A DNA stretch of 64,000 bases from Candidatus Cloacimonadales bacterium (GCA_963662275.1 OY759316.1:2976001-3040000); one strand, 5' to 3'. Shown: positions 1 through 15,442, counted from the stretch's first letter. Notes: a model not told the origin generated them from the letters alone. A program made the numbers and translations.

Positions 1-647
1 ATGTAGAAAAGAAACTTGGCTGCGTTTTGATTGACTTAGGGGGAGGTACTTCTGATATCTCGATCTTCTATCAGAACTCTCTGTATTCAACTTATGTCGT
101 TCCTACTGGTGGTAATAATGTGACAAATGATCTTGCCATTGGTTTACGTACAACCCCCAAGTTCGCGGAATATCTTAAGATTGAATATGGGGACTGTCAG
201 TCTCAGTCAGTTGATGAGAACCAGGAAGTGATTGTTGAAGGAATAAGTGGACGCAGCTCTACTTCCCAAAAAACACGTCATATTGCCATGATCATCCAGC
301 ATCGAATGGATGAGATATTATCCCAATGTTACAAAGCAGCCGTTCAAAATTACCTGCCAGATCGTTTGACAGCAGGTGTTGTACTCACAGGTGGTGGATC
401 ATTAATCAAGAACACATCTGACCTTGCAACAACCATATTTAATTTACCAGTAAAAATTGGGAGACCAGATACTTCAAAGCTAAGTGGTCCTGTATCCAGG
501 ATGGAAGACCCCCAATATGCTACTGTTATCGGTCTTCTTTACTATGCAATGGATAATGATTTGTTCTTTAAACAAAATCTATCTTCAAGTAAATTGCCCA
601 AAGTTTCTATAAAAAAAGTCATTGAATTTTTCAAAGAATTTAAATAA
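1..647 (+). CDS. ftsA: Cell division protein FtsA, C-terminal part (5'-truncated by window)
   Basis: Frame open from the window start (VEKKLGCVLIDLGGGTSD). Actin-like motifs IDLGGGTSD and VVLTGGGS; directly upstream of ftsZ. Confidence 0.95.
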   Translation, partial: VEKKLGCVLIDLGGGTSDISIFYQNSLYSTYVVPTGGNNVTNDLAIGLRTTPKFAEYLKIEYGDCQSQSVDENQEVIVEGISGRSSTSQKTRHIAMIIQHRMDEILSQCYKAAVQNYLPDRLTAGVVLTGGGSLIKNTSDLATTIFNLPVKIGRPDTSKLSGPVSRMEDPQYATVIGLLYYAMDNDLFFKQNLSSSKLPKVSIKKVIEFFKEFK

Positions 648-662
648 AGGAAGGGAGTATCC

Positions 663-1832
663 ATGATTGAATTTGATAGCAAAAATACGGTAGCAGGATC
701 GATCATTAAAATTATTGGTGTCGGCGGAGCAGGTGGAAATGCGATAAACACAATGATCGAGAACAATTTGAATGGAGTGGAATTCGTTGTTGCCAATACG
801 GATACGATGGATCTCCATAAATCGAAAGCGAAGATCAAACTGCAATTAGGTAAGAAGACTACTCGCGGTTTGGGAACAGGGGCAAATCCCGAAATTGGAA
901 GAGATGCGGCTAATGAGTCCATTGATGAAATTCGAAGTATTCTTGATGGTGCAGATATGGTTTTCCTCGCTGCTGGTATGGGTGGTGGAACAGGCAGTGG
1001 CGCTGCTCCTGTCATAGCCCAATTGGCAAGAGACATGAATATCCTCTCCTTGGGTATTGTTACAAAACCCTTCCGCTTCGAAGGACAAAAAAGAAAGGAA
1101 AATGCTGATTTAGCCATCCAGGAATTCAGTCAGTATGTAGATACATTGATTGTTATTCCCAATGAAAAGATTCGAGAAATCTTTGCCGATATTACCGTTT
1201 TAAATGCATTTCATCAAGCAGACAATATTCTTTATGAAGCTGCTAAAGCTGTTTCTGATATTATCAATTTCAGCGGTTATATGAATGTTGACTTCGCAGA
1301 TGTAAAGAAAGTCATGTCCCAGATGGGGTATGCATTAATGGGTACTGGTGTTGCTGAAGGAGAAAATAGAGCTGTCATTGCTGCAAAGAATGCTATTTCG
1401 AATCCATTACTAAGTGATATCAATCTCCAGGGATGCAAAGCGCTTCTTATTAATATTACTGCTGGAAACGATCTCCTTATGTCTGAATTCGATACTGTTT
1501 CTGAAGTTGTTGTTAATGAAACTGGTTCTTCTGCGAATACAATTTTAGGCTTGGTATTTGATGAGAAGATGCAGGGTAAGATTGGTGTAACAATCATAGC
1601 AACTGGTCTTCAATCAATGGATGACGATAATATTAGCTTCGGTCCTTCAATTATAACTAAACCTGTTGAAGTACCTTCCTCCAATGAATTAGATGACATT
1701 CTTGAGCGTATACAAGCAAACCAAGCGAAATCTATCGATACTTCTACTTCTGTAAATGCAGCAGAAGAATTGAGTAGTTATTCACCTACAATTCAAACTG
1801 ACATACCATCATTCCTGAAAGCAATGGATTAA
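663..1832 (+). CDS. ftsZ: Cell division protein FtsZ
   Basis: IKIIGVGGAGGNAIN, tubulin signature GMGGGTGSG, NVDFADV, C-terminal DIPSFL peptide. Confidence 0.99.
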   Translation: MIEFDSKNTVAGSIIKIIGVGGAGGNAINTMIENNLNGVEFVVANTDTMDLHKSKAKIKLQLGKKTTRGLGTGANPEIGRDAANESIDEIRSILDGADMVFLAAGMGGGTGSGAAPVIAQLARDMNILSLGIVTKPFRFEGQKRKENADLAIQEFSQYVDTLIVIPNEKIREIFADITVLNAFHQADNILYEAAKAVSDIINFSGYMNVDFADVKKVMSQMGYALMGTGVAEGENRAVIAAKNAISNPLLSDINLQGCKALLINITAGNDLLMSEFDTVSEVVVNETGSSANTILGLVFDEKMQGKIGVTIIATGLQSMDDDNISFGPSIITKPVEVPSSNELDDILERIQANQAKSIDTSTSVNAAEELSSYSPTIQTDIPSFLKAMD

Positions 1833-1857
1833 AATAAACCCCACATACATAGTAGAT

Positions 1858-1901
1858 AAAGAAAATGACCGACCCTTTTCCCAGGTCGGTCATTTTTCTT
1901 T
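1858..1901. terminator. Bidirectional intrinsic terminator between ftsZ and the convergent rRNA operon
   Basis: Stem AAAATGACCGACC (1862-1874) / GGTCGGTCATTTT (1884-1896) with A and T runs on either side. Confidence 0.8.
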
Positions 1902-1995
1902 ATACTGTTTCGTGGTTAAATCATCCCTTTTCTGTTCTTCTCTTCCGTTCGCACTTCGTACTTCGGACTTAGTACTTAAAAAAAAAAGGGCGTAA

Positions 1996-2111
<116 letters not shown>

Positions 2112-2180
2112 TTACGCCCTTCATACTTGTTCAATATGCTGAGTTAGGTAAGACGATAAAGGAGCAAGTGTAAAAGTTTT

Positions 2181-5312
<3,132 letters not shown>

Positions 5313-5346
5313 TCGACTTCTACACTCGCTCCCACGTCTATACTAC

Positions 5347-5358
5347 TTTTCAAAGATC
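5347..5358 (-). promoter_or_regulatory. Spacer boxA-like antitermination motif
   Basis: GATCTTTGAAAA on the minus strand just upstream of 23S; identical 12-mer upstream of 16S. Confidence 0.7.
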
Positions 5359-5370
5359 GGATAAAATTAC

Positions 5371-5446
5371 TGGTGGAGCATAGCGGGTTCGAACCGCTGA
5401 CCTCCGCCTTGCAAGGGCGGCGCTCTACCAACTAAGCTAATGCCCC
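5371..5446 (-). tRNA. tRNA-Ala(TGC)
   Basis: GGGGCATTAGCTTAGTTGGTAGAGCGCCGCCCTTGCAAGGCGGAGG...TCCACCA cloverleaf with encoded CCA. Confidence 0.98.
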
Positions 5447-5453
5447 AGTAGGC

Positions 5454-5531
<78 letters not shown>

Positions 5532-5673
5532 CCTTTTTACAGAACAACGTATCAAAAGATACGTTTATTCAAATTATCAAAAAATGGAGTGAAGTCAGCG
5601 CTTTGCGAATGAAATTCATTTGTATGGAAGTTGACCATTTGATCTTACATTTTCTATTGATCGTTTCCTTACA

Positions 5674-7225
<1,552 letters not shown>

Positions 7226-7280
7226 TCCTAAACTCATTATCTTCGCAAGTTGCTTCACTTTCACTCCACTTCTATATGCT

Positions 7281-7292
7281 TTTTCAAAGATC
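7281..7292 (-). promoter_or_regulatory. Leader boxA-like motif
   Basis: GATCTTTGAAAA, identical to the copy at 5347-5358. Confidence 0.7.
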
Positions 7293-7318
7293 ATTCGCCT
7301 ACAAACAGGCAGGTGGTC

Positions 7319-7347
7319 AAGCTACGGATAGCTCGTTTTCCGGTCAA
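7319..7347 (-). promoter_or_regulatory. Putative sigma70 promoter of the rRNA operon
   Basis: TTGACC (7347-7342), 17-nt spacer, TAGCTT (7324-7319), just upstream of boxA. Confidence 0.6.
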
Positions 7348-7396
7348 GAAAAAAGTGACTTTATCATATTTTTCTCATTAACAATACTGTTTTCCG

Positions 7397-8686
7397 TTAT
7401 GTTAACTCCACATACCAAGAAGATTTACCTGTCATTAATGCCCAATATGGTTTTAATACTTCCGGTAAACGAATCCTGCCATCAGACTCCTGGTATGTTT
7501 CTAAAATGGCTATAAAAGTACGTGGTGTTGCTAAGCCAGAACCATTTAACGTATGAACGAACTTTACTTTCCCATCTGCATCACGGAAGCGAATATATGC
7601 TCTTCTTGCCTGGAAATCTTCAAAATTACTTACAGAAGATACTTCCAGGTACTTTCCAGTACCAGGTGCCCATACTTCCAGGTCATAGGTTTTTGCAGAA
7701 GCAAAACTCAAATCACCGGAACTAAGCATCATGACTCTATAATGCAACCCAAGTGCTTGCAGGATTTCTTCTGCATCATTAGTCATCTCTTCAAGTATCT
7801 CATAAGAAATGTCAGGATGAACTAATCTGACCATTTCGACTTTATTGAATTGATGTAACCTCTGCAATCCACGTGTATCCTTGCCATAAGACCCTGCTTC
7901 GCGTCGGAAACAATTGGTATAGCTAACCATTTTTATAGGCAGATTTGCATGAGAAAGAATCTCATCGGCATAAAGATTTGTTACCGGCACTTCTGCTGTT
8001 GGAATCAGGAAAAGATCATCTTCATCCACATGATACATATCATTTTCGAGCTTAGGAAGTTGCCCAGTACCAGTCATGGTTTTACGATTCACAAGTGCTG
8101 GAACTCCCATTTCACGATATCCATGTTTACGGATATGAAAATCGATCATAAAATTGATCAAAGCCCTTTCCAGAATTGCACCAGCTCCGCAATACACGGG
8201 AAATCCGCTGCCGGAAATCTTAGCTCCTCGGTTCAAATCCAATAGATTATTGTGTTCGATGAGAGAAACCTGGTCTTTGGGTTCAAAGTCAAACGTTATC
8301 GCTTTTCCACATTCCCGAACGAATTTATTGAACGTTTCATCTTTCCCGACCGGTACGGAATCATGGGGAATATTGGGGGCACGTAACAGTAATTGTTCCA
8401 GATTCTTCTCAATATCAGATATCTGGTTTGCCAGTTCCTTGTTTTGATCTGATATTACTTGCATATCATGAAGAAGATTTTCTGCGTTTCCACCCTCTTT
8501 TTTAATCTGTGCAATATCCTTAGATACTTTGTTCTGTTGTGCTTTGTTATTATCAAACGTGAATTGCAATTTCCGCCGATTCTCATCCAGGGCAAGGATA
8601 TCATCTACATTCACTTTGTCATTTTTCTTTGCTAATCCTATTCTTACAAAATCAGCATTTTCTCTGATGAATTTCAAATCTAACAT
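7397..8686 (-). CDS. serS: Seryl-tRNA synthetase
   Basis: MLDLKFIREN start, LIPTAEVP, CFRREAGSYGKDTRGLQRLHQFNKVE, HTLNGSGLA. Confidence 0.99.
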   Translation of the reverse strand: MLDLKFIRENADFVRIGLAKKNDKVNVDDILALDENRRKLQFTFDNNKAQQNKVSKDIAQIKKEGGNAENLLHDMQVISDQNKELANQISDIEKNLEQLLLRAPNIPHDSVPVGKDETFNKFVRECGKAITFDFEPKDQVSLIEHNNLLDLNRGAKISGSGFPVYCGAGAILERALINFMIDFHIRKHGYREMGVPALVNRKTMTGTGQLPKLENDMYHVDEDDLFLIPTAEVPVTNLYADEILSHANLPIKMVSYTNCFRREAGSYGKDTRGLQRLHQFNKVEMVRLVHPDISYEILEEMTNDAEEILQALGLHYRVMMLSSGDLSFASAKTYDLEVWAPGTGKYLEVSSVSNFEDFQARRAYIRFRDADGKVKFVHTLNGSGLATPRTFIAILETYQESDGRIRLPEVLKPYWALMTGKSSWYVELT

Positions 8687-8689
8687 ATT

Positions 8690-9466
8690 TTACCTCTTTG
8701 TGTATTCACAGGCAATATCAATCATTACTATATAGGATTCAATATCAAGTGACGCCCCACCTATGAGACCTCCATCAATATCTGGCTTTTCGAGTAATTC
8801 CCGGAAATTATCAGGCTTGACACTTCCGCCATAAAGTATAGAGATTCTGTCTGCAACCATGCTTGAATATTGCGTTTCCAACCAGGAGCGTATCAAGGCA
8901 TGGACTTCCTGGGCTTGCTCGGGAGTGGCAGTTTTTCCTGTCCCAATAGCCCAGACGGGTTCATAAGCAATAACGATCGTGGGATCAAGTTCCAAGTCTA
9001 AATCATTTATACAGTTATCAAGTTGATTGATTACAATGGACTCAGTCAGGTCTGCTTCCCTTTGCTCAAGTGTCTCACCAACACAGATAATGGGCATAAT
9101 GCGGTGTTTTCTAAGAATTTTAGCTTTTAGATGGATCAATTCATTCGTTTCTCCATAATAGGCACGTCTTTCCGAATGTCCGATGATGCAATAGCTGATT
9201 CCAACTGTTTTCAGCATTGCTGCTGAGACTTCCCCTGTATATGCTCCCTGTTCTTTATCATTTACATTTTGTGCAGCAAGAAGTATAGGAGTATCTTTTG
9301 TCAAAAAATGAATGCTATTAAGAAAAGGATATGGTGGTGCAACAACGATTTCACATGGTCCAAAATCCCTTGCTTGAGAAAACTCGGATAACCGTTCCAT
9401 GAAACTATTTGCTTCATGCAGGTCTTTGTTCATTTTCCAATTACCAGCAATGATAATCTTCCGCAT
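8690..9466 (-). CDS. tpiA: Triosephosphate isomerase
   Basis: IAGNWKMN, IIGHSERR, AYEPVWAIGTG, LYGGSVK, LIGGASL. Confidence 0.99.
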   Translation of the reverse strand: MRKIIIAGNWKMNKDLHEANSFMERLSEFSQARDFGPCEIVVAPPYPFLNSIHFLTKDTPILLAAQNVNDKEQGAYTGEVSAAMLKTVGISYCIIGHSERRAYYGETNELIHLKAKILRKHRIMPIICVGETLEQREADLTESIVINQLDNCINDLDLELDPTIVIAYEPVWAIGTGKTATPEQAQEVHALIRSWLETQYSSMVADRISILYGGSVKPDNFRELLEKPDIDGGLIGGASLDIESYIVMIDIACEYTKR

Positions 9467-9673
9467 TTTTCCCTCCCGGGTTATTACTATATTTATAAAT
9501 TGAATCTTTTAGTAGCTGGCTTTTTGACAAGAAATTTATCCAGACAAATTAAGAATTATGCATTATGAGTTATAAATAAGGCAGAAATCGAGAGGAAATC
9601 TTGAAGCTCAAAGTTCCATTTATCTGGGTGTTCATTGAAGATGTGAAAGAAATTTGAACTAAACTAAAAACAG

Positions 9674-9770
9674 GTTTTAGCTACCGATGATGAAAGGTCG
9701 ATTTTGAAGTCCGAATGCCCTTTTAGTTAAGTATTCAATGATAATTTGTTTAGGGCATTTGAACTCCAAA
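9674..9770. repeat. Dispersed structured repeat (GAAGTCC-hairpin-GAACTCC family), copy 1
   Basis: 42/43 identical to the reverse complement of 23135-23177 and similar to 23836-23930; internal stem AATGCCCT/AGGGCATT. Confidence 0.75.
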
Positions 9771-9823
9771 CTCTTAGCTTTCATATAAAGTCCAAACTCT
9801 TAGTTTTATGTTATGTCAGATTC

Positions 9824-10246
9824 TTAGCTGCATAAATCACATCCGCATTGATCGCATTTTTTATACGACCAGCCTGTTCGTGCTCCGCATGTTGGGCAAG
9901 TATATGCTTGTTTTTGTTCCAGGAGCCAATCATCAAGACCAATCTCTCGAATACGTTTCAGATTTTCTATTGTCATGGCACAATGTTCTCTTCCATTATT
10001 TGCGAATCTAGTCAGTTCTTCACAAGGCATTTCTTCACATTCTGCACAAGTCTCATAACCTTTGGCTTCACAACAAACAACAAAGCTGCAATCAGGATGT
10101 TTGGCAACCTTACAATCAGGACAGATCAATTGTTCTACCGGTTTGTTCAGCTTTTTGGCAAATTCTTCAACTGTACTGGTTTCCCGTGCAATGTTGCATA
10201 AACAGCCACCGCAGTATAATCCGCAATATGCTATATAATTAGACAT
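9824..10246 (-). CDS. Cys-rich DUF3795-like protein
   Basis: IAYCGLYCGGC...CPDC...CC.AKG..TCAEC.E.PC pattern plus C-terminal CPTCG. Confidence 0.75.
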   Translation of the reverse strand: MSNYIAYCGLYCGGCLCNIARETSTVEEFAKKLNKPVEQLICPDCKVAKHPDCSFVVCCEAKGYETCAECEEMPCEELTRFANNGREHCAMTIENLKRIREIGLDDWLLEQKQAYTCPTCGARTGWSYKKCDQCGCDLCS

Positions 10247-10520
10247 AATACCTCACAATTTTTTTTTATAATGGATGAAAGATATGGATATATGTCAAAT
10301 GAATTAACCTAGGTTGATTTACTAAATGAAAATCTGCTTTCCTATCTTCGTAGATATGTCATCTCTAGCCTCAGGTGTAAACCTCTGCATTTTTAATCAT
10401 CTGTGTCAATATAACATCGTAGATGTGACATCTCAGCCTAAGGTGTGAACCTCAGGAAACGGCACCAATACATAATTATCACCATCTTCCCCCGCATCCG
10501 AACCCATTTATGGGTGACAT

Positions 10521-12542
10521 CTATTCATTCTTACCCAAAATCTTATCCACCTTTTCTTCTGTCATACATGGTTTGATTTGCTCCAGGACATCCATACTCC
10601 TGGAATACAGCTTTATCGCTTTGATCCGATAAAACATGTACTCACTACCTAAACTCACATTTTCATGTTGATATGTTGTGGTATGACTTAGCCCCAGGAA
10701 ATAGAAAGGACCCGTTTCCACTGAAGATCCATTGAAATACACAAAATAATAATCGGGAATTAATGGTGTCTCTAAAATTGATTGCGTCACAGCTTCCCAT
10801 GAAAGTTGCGCATTGTTATTACTCATATTGATTTGCAGATTATCTGGCTCTTTCGGTGGAACATAGGCTCCCTTTCCACTGAATTTAACTTTAATTATTG
10901 GCAAGTTAACAGCATTGGACTCTATGATGAGTGAATCACTGATAGTAGATGTACTGATAGGATGAAAACTGACATGTATCGTAGCTGAATCACCAGGAGC
11001 AATGCCCTGCATAATATCTGTTGATGCATAACTGAATGCTGGATTACCACTCTTCCAATGAACATTAGTGATATGCAATGAGTCTGAACCTGTACTATGA
11101 ACTGTTATTGTATATTCTGTTGTTGTTCCCAAATATTGAGTATCAAAGTTGATAATACTGTCAGAACAACTTGCATTTGTTAATGCTAGTTTAAAATACC
11201 ACCATGGGCATAAAGAAGAATCAGCATAATCTATAAAACTTCCGTACATTTTATATGGAATGATTTTCCATTTATAGTATCCATAAGATAGCAGAGGTGT
11301 TGTCCATGAAGTTGTATTTCCTATGTCAATCGATGTATTACCATTCCAGGAAAGCAGATAACCACTCGGTTCAGTATCTCCAGAATTAGGCTCCCAGTTA
11401 AGAATTGTTGTTATCAAGATTGACCAAATTGATATATTATTATCAGGAGGGGACTGATTAGTTGGAACATTCAGTGGTATTGTCCCAATTCCATTCAGAG
11501 CGACGTTTGTGATAAGATCATTCGCCATATTAGACACATTTCCATTATTGACTCCATCCAAAAGTGGATTAAAATGAACATATATTAAGCCATTATAAGT
11601 GGGTGGAACTTTGAAAGACGAAACCCATGGACCTATATTATCCATGGAGACTTCGTAACTTGCAGGTACGCTGATAGCTATACTATCCGTTAAATCTATA
11701 CAAGTCAGAGTATATGACTGGTAGGCAGAAGTTGTGCCAATTGAAGTCAAAAATGAAAGACTCGTAGGATTTACAGAAATCGAGCTTGTAACAGGATAAA
11801 CATCATCCCAAGTCGTACCAATTTTAATCGCATCATAAATCGCCGGAGGAGTACTGGTACCCTGTCGTAACATGAAAGCAGTTATATTGGTAGGATCTGC
11901 TGTTATTTCAGTATTAGATATTATTGTTGGTGTTGTCTCAGTACCAGGTGTGGGAGGATTGATCCATAAACGAACTTCATCGTTCGCCGTACCATCAATG
12001 AAGCTGTATTTTATAATAAAAAGATATGTCGTTCCTGTATCATAGATTGTTGTACCATAGACAGCTGATACTGCAGCACTTGACTTAGAAATACCTACAG
12101 TGAATTTGTTGCTAAGTGTTGCATCTCTTTTAAAATAAACTTTAGTATAGAAAGATGAAGGTGTAGTGCCAAGGTTGACTTCATAGTCAGCTGATGGACT
12201 TATCCAACCAGTTGAATTTGCATTAAACAAGAACGCAACATATATGTTACCTGAATTAATAGCAGTAAAGGTCTTATTAATGTCATATCCAGTCATGGCG
12301 GATGTTTGAATCGCTCCACCAAGACTTGGATACGAGTAATTAGCGTAAGATAAACCTGAGTCAATTACCACCCAGGGGTTTGCCATACCACTATGTGTTG
12401 CCCAGCCATTCACTCCAACAACCGTCGAACCAGCAGAGAATGGTGGTATAGTGAAATCTTCCGTCCATAAAAGAGTAGCGTAAAGAGTACAATTTAATAC
12501 TAATACAATAAATAATGAAAGTAATAATAATCTTTTTGTCAT
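10521..12542 (-). CDS. Secreted multidomain protein (Ig-like/ASH-type domain, C-terminal FN3-like tail)
   Basis: Signal-peptide-like N-terminus, Ser/Thr-rich beta-type sequence, GGAGG RBS. Confidence 0.7.
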   Translation of the reverse strand: MTKRLLLLSLFIVLVLNCTLYATLLWTEDFTIPPFSAGSTVVGVNGWATHSGMANPWVVIDSGLSYANYSYPSLGGAIQTSAMTGYDINKTFTAINSGNIYVAFLFNANSTGWISPSADYEVNLGTTPSSFYTKVYFKRDATLSNKFTVGISKSSAAVSAVYGTTIYDTGTTYLFIIKYSFIDGTANDEVRLWINPPTPGTETTPTIISNTEITADPTNITAFMLRQGTSTPPAIYDAIKIGTTWDDVYPVTSSISVNPTSLSFLTSIGTTSAYQSYTLTCIDLTDSIAISVPASYEVSMDNIGPWVSSFKVPPTYNGLIYVHFNPLLDGVNNGNVSNMANDLITNVALNGIGTIPLNVPTNQSPPDNNISIWSILITTILNWEPNSGDTEPSGYLLSWNGNTSIDIGNTTSWTTPLLSYGYYKWKIIPYKMYGSFIDYADSSLCPWWYFKLALTNASCSDSIINFDTQYLGTTTEYTITVHSTGSDSLHITNVHWKSGNPAFSYASTDIMQGIAPGDSATIHVSFHPISTSTISDSLIIESNAVNLPIIKVKFSGKGAYVPPKEPDNLQINMSNNNAQLSWEAVTQSILETPLIPDYYFVYFNGSSVETGPFYFLGLSHTTTYQHENVSLGSEYMFYRIKAIKLYSRSMDVLEQIKPCMTEEKVDKILGKNE

Positions 12543-12767
12543 GCAATCCTCCCTAACTACCGTATATTCATTGATACAAAAAATATATTTGATGAATTTG
12601 GCAATTTTGTGTTTTCATGAATAATTTGTCAAATGATTTGTCAAATGTAGGGATAGACCCATTCCCAATATCCATAAGATTCATAAGATCGGAATCTTAT
12701 GCCACAAAGCACGCATAAAGCACATCTCCACTCCTGAAAAACTCATTAAATGAAATACTTAACCTTT

Positions 12768-12842
12768 ACTATACTATTACGGTACTAATACGGTTTTTTA
12801 CCGTAATGCTACCGTATTGCTACCGTATTGCTACCGTAATGC
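12768..12842. repeat. ~75-bp element of 11-bp TACCGTAWTGC units, copy 1
   Basis: Four direct units facing two inverted ACGGT units; near-identical copy at 33037-33111. Confidence 0.8.
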
Positions 12843-12893
12843 CTTTTAGGGATTTGCCCCGCTCTGCAATTTTTAACTACTAGTTTTTAGTTA

Positions 12894-13454
12894 TTAACTG
12901 ATGTAGGTGACAGCATTTTCTTTTCTTTCAGGAGCTTCAGTCTTTATGGTCTTTTTGCCGATTGCAATGGCATAATATGGAATATAGCCAGAAGGAATTT
13001 GGAACTTCTGCAGATACTCTTCCTTTTTTGCACCTACAAAAACCATACGGGCAAAGCCTATCCAGCAAGAACCTAAATCAAGAGATTCAGCAGCCAGGAG
13101 CATGTTTTGTGCAGCGGCTGCGCAATCTGTTTCGGGCATCATACTAGCTTCTTCACCTGAGATCAGGATAATAGCAGGAGCATTGTAGAAGATATGGAAT
13201 TTGTTATTGTTACCCAGCTTTTGCATCTGTTCATTTTCAGAATGTGCCAGTGTTTCTTTTGCATCTATGCTGTATTGATCAATCATATCCTTATCCTGAA
13301 TTACAGTAAAATGCCAGGATTGGTGGTTATGAGCACTTGGTGCATAGAGACCTGCTTCTATAATAGCTTCAATTTCGTCCTTAGATACTTCATCTGTTTG
13401 AAAACTGCGTGAAGACCTTCTGGTTTTTATCGTTTGAAGAACTGGATTAGTCAT
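12894..13454 (-). CDS. Nitroreductase family protein
   Basis: IKTRRSSRSF, APSAHNHQSWHF, AAQNMLLAAESLDLGSCWIG; start placed at the ATG after a GGAGG RBS. Confidence 0.92.
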   Translation of the reverse strand: MTNPVLQTIKTRRSSRSFQTDEVSKDEIEAIIEAGLYAPSAHNHQSWHFTVIQDKDMIDQYSIDAKETLAHSENEQMQKLGNNNKFHIFYNAPAIILISGEEASMMPETDCAAAAQNMLLAAESLDLGSCWIGFARMVFVGAKKEEYLQKFQIPSGYIPYYAIAIGKKTIKTEAPERKENAVTYIS

Positions 13455-13581
13455 TTTTCCTCCCTGACTCATCTGTATTTTGAGATAAATAGAATTAATA
13501 GCTGGAATTTGTGCAATTTATTTTTTATTATTCTCTTTGTAGAATGGTATTCTATTGTAAAAGGGGATTGGTAAACAAGCT

Positions 13582-15442
13582 GAGACTGTTCATGAAGTTA
13601 TTCATAATATTCAATAAGTTAGAAAGTAGCAAGTTGAAAAAAGTGGTCGAAACGGTCATAATTTAACATACCTTCCAGAATTGACAGATAAGCTCTGCTA
13701 AGGACACCAAATCACAAGTTAAGCTTTTTGACTAAAATTGAAAAACACGCGATTATAAGTAATGTTTCGAAGCCGTTTCTGACTAAATGTGTAGTTAAAA
13801 TCATATAAAATAGTTCTTTACAAGTTTTTTGCTATAGCTTCAATGGCATTTGTTACCTGGTAACAAAAGGGAGGATATTATGACAAAAAAACACTCCAAT
13901 TCAAGAAGCGGTAAGTGTTAGTCATGAAAGTAACCAATACCATGTAAGTATTAACGTACCATTTTCATTCACTTTGCCTGAGACAACATCAAACCACAAG
14001 TTCTTAATAGCGTTTCTACGCTTATTAGTAGGAATAGGCGGAGACAACCTCCTTACACTTCAGCAAATAGCTGATCTGTTTAACTACGCAGACCGCAGGA
14101 ATGTACATAATTTCTGGCAAGAGTTTGAGCAGCATGGTCATGATATCCTGGCATATTTAAGCCGGAAAGTTGACCTGCTGGAGTGTATTCCTCAGATCGA
14201 GAATTTTGTTATCAATAACCTGCTTTTACCTTTAAATGTCATGTATCAGGAGTTCATCAGCCATCATGATTTTAAAATGTCCTATACCACTTTCTGCAAA
14301 TATGCTTCTCAGGTCAATTCTCTGTCTGTAGTTAAGCAAGCTCAGAAGCTTCTTCTGAAAAAGACAGTAGGCGGTGATGCTGTACATCTGCTGAAACTGC
14401 TTGCCGGTCAGCAGAATACACCTGTTATCTGTGACAGACTCCTGGAACAAATGAAGACTGCTAAAGGCAATACATCCCATAGAACCGCCGATGCAAAGCC
14501 GTTCCATAGTCTGGAACGCAAGAACCTGTGTCTGCTGGTACATTACCTGGTTGGAAGCGGTATGAACTTCGAGACGATAGCTTTGCTGCTCAACACCTGT
14601 AAAGCTACAGTCTCAAATCTCTGGCATGAAATCGCTGACCTGCAGAGCCTGATTCTGAACTCAATCGGTAAGTGGAGCGGAAAGATCAGCATTGATGAGA
14701 AATATGTGAAGATCAAAGGTATTCCGTACTATGTCATCAGTATTGTTGATTTTGTGACTCACATCCCTCTGTTTTGTGAGTTGTATCCTGACACAAAGAA
14801 AGAATCATTCGAAGCATGTTTCAGAACCTTCAGACAGCTCTACAGGAAAGATCCAACCCTGATTGTCAGTGATGGCAGTAAATCGTTAGCAGTTGCAAGA
14901 AAAACAGTGTTTCCAAAAGTCCATTACCAACTCTGTAAGTTCCATAAGATACGAAATCTCTTCAAAAGAATCAGTCAATGTCATCTCCCTGAAGACAGGG
15001 ACAAGTTCTTTAAGAAGAGGATTATGAAAGCTTTCCGAAGAGAAACGGCGGGCGGAAGGAAAAAGGGTATCGCAAGCCTGACAGCTATTACTCCCCCAAC
15101 CGCCGCCGAATACATCAAAAGCAATATCATTAGTGATTGGAGACACCTCAGCAAAGGTTTGACTTCCAATGTCTCTGAACGCTGGAACCGCAAAATCAAG
15201 AAGGTGACATCCGGTAGATTTGGACTAAAATCTGAAGAAACCACCCGCAACCTTGTGTTTTCGCTTTGGTTCAAAGAACTGGTCGATAAAGGTCAACCAA
15301 TCATGCGTCAGGAATCACTTTTAGCAAGTTTAAATATCTCCCGCATATGTCAAGAAAATGTGGATTGGTCGCACTTAGACCACTTTTTCTCTGTCACTAC
15401 CAATAAGGCTGCGTAAAATGGAGGTTAATTTTGAACAGTCTC
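13582..15442 (+). mobile_element. Complete IS element, Mutator/IS256-superfamily-like
   Basis: 11-bp TIRs GAGACTGTTCA (13582-13592) / TGAACAGTCTC (15432-15442), flanked by the 7-bp direct repeat ACAAGCT (13575-13581, 15443-15449). Confidence 0.9.
13880..15416 (+). CDS. DDE transposase; probable start ATG at 13880 is out of frame at an A7 run (long ORF 13974-15416)
   Basis: SIDEKY (D), IVSDG (D), QLCKFH (CxxH of Mutator-like Tnps), TSNVSERWN (E); GGGAGG RBS before 13880. Confidence 0.85.
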
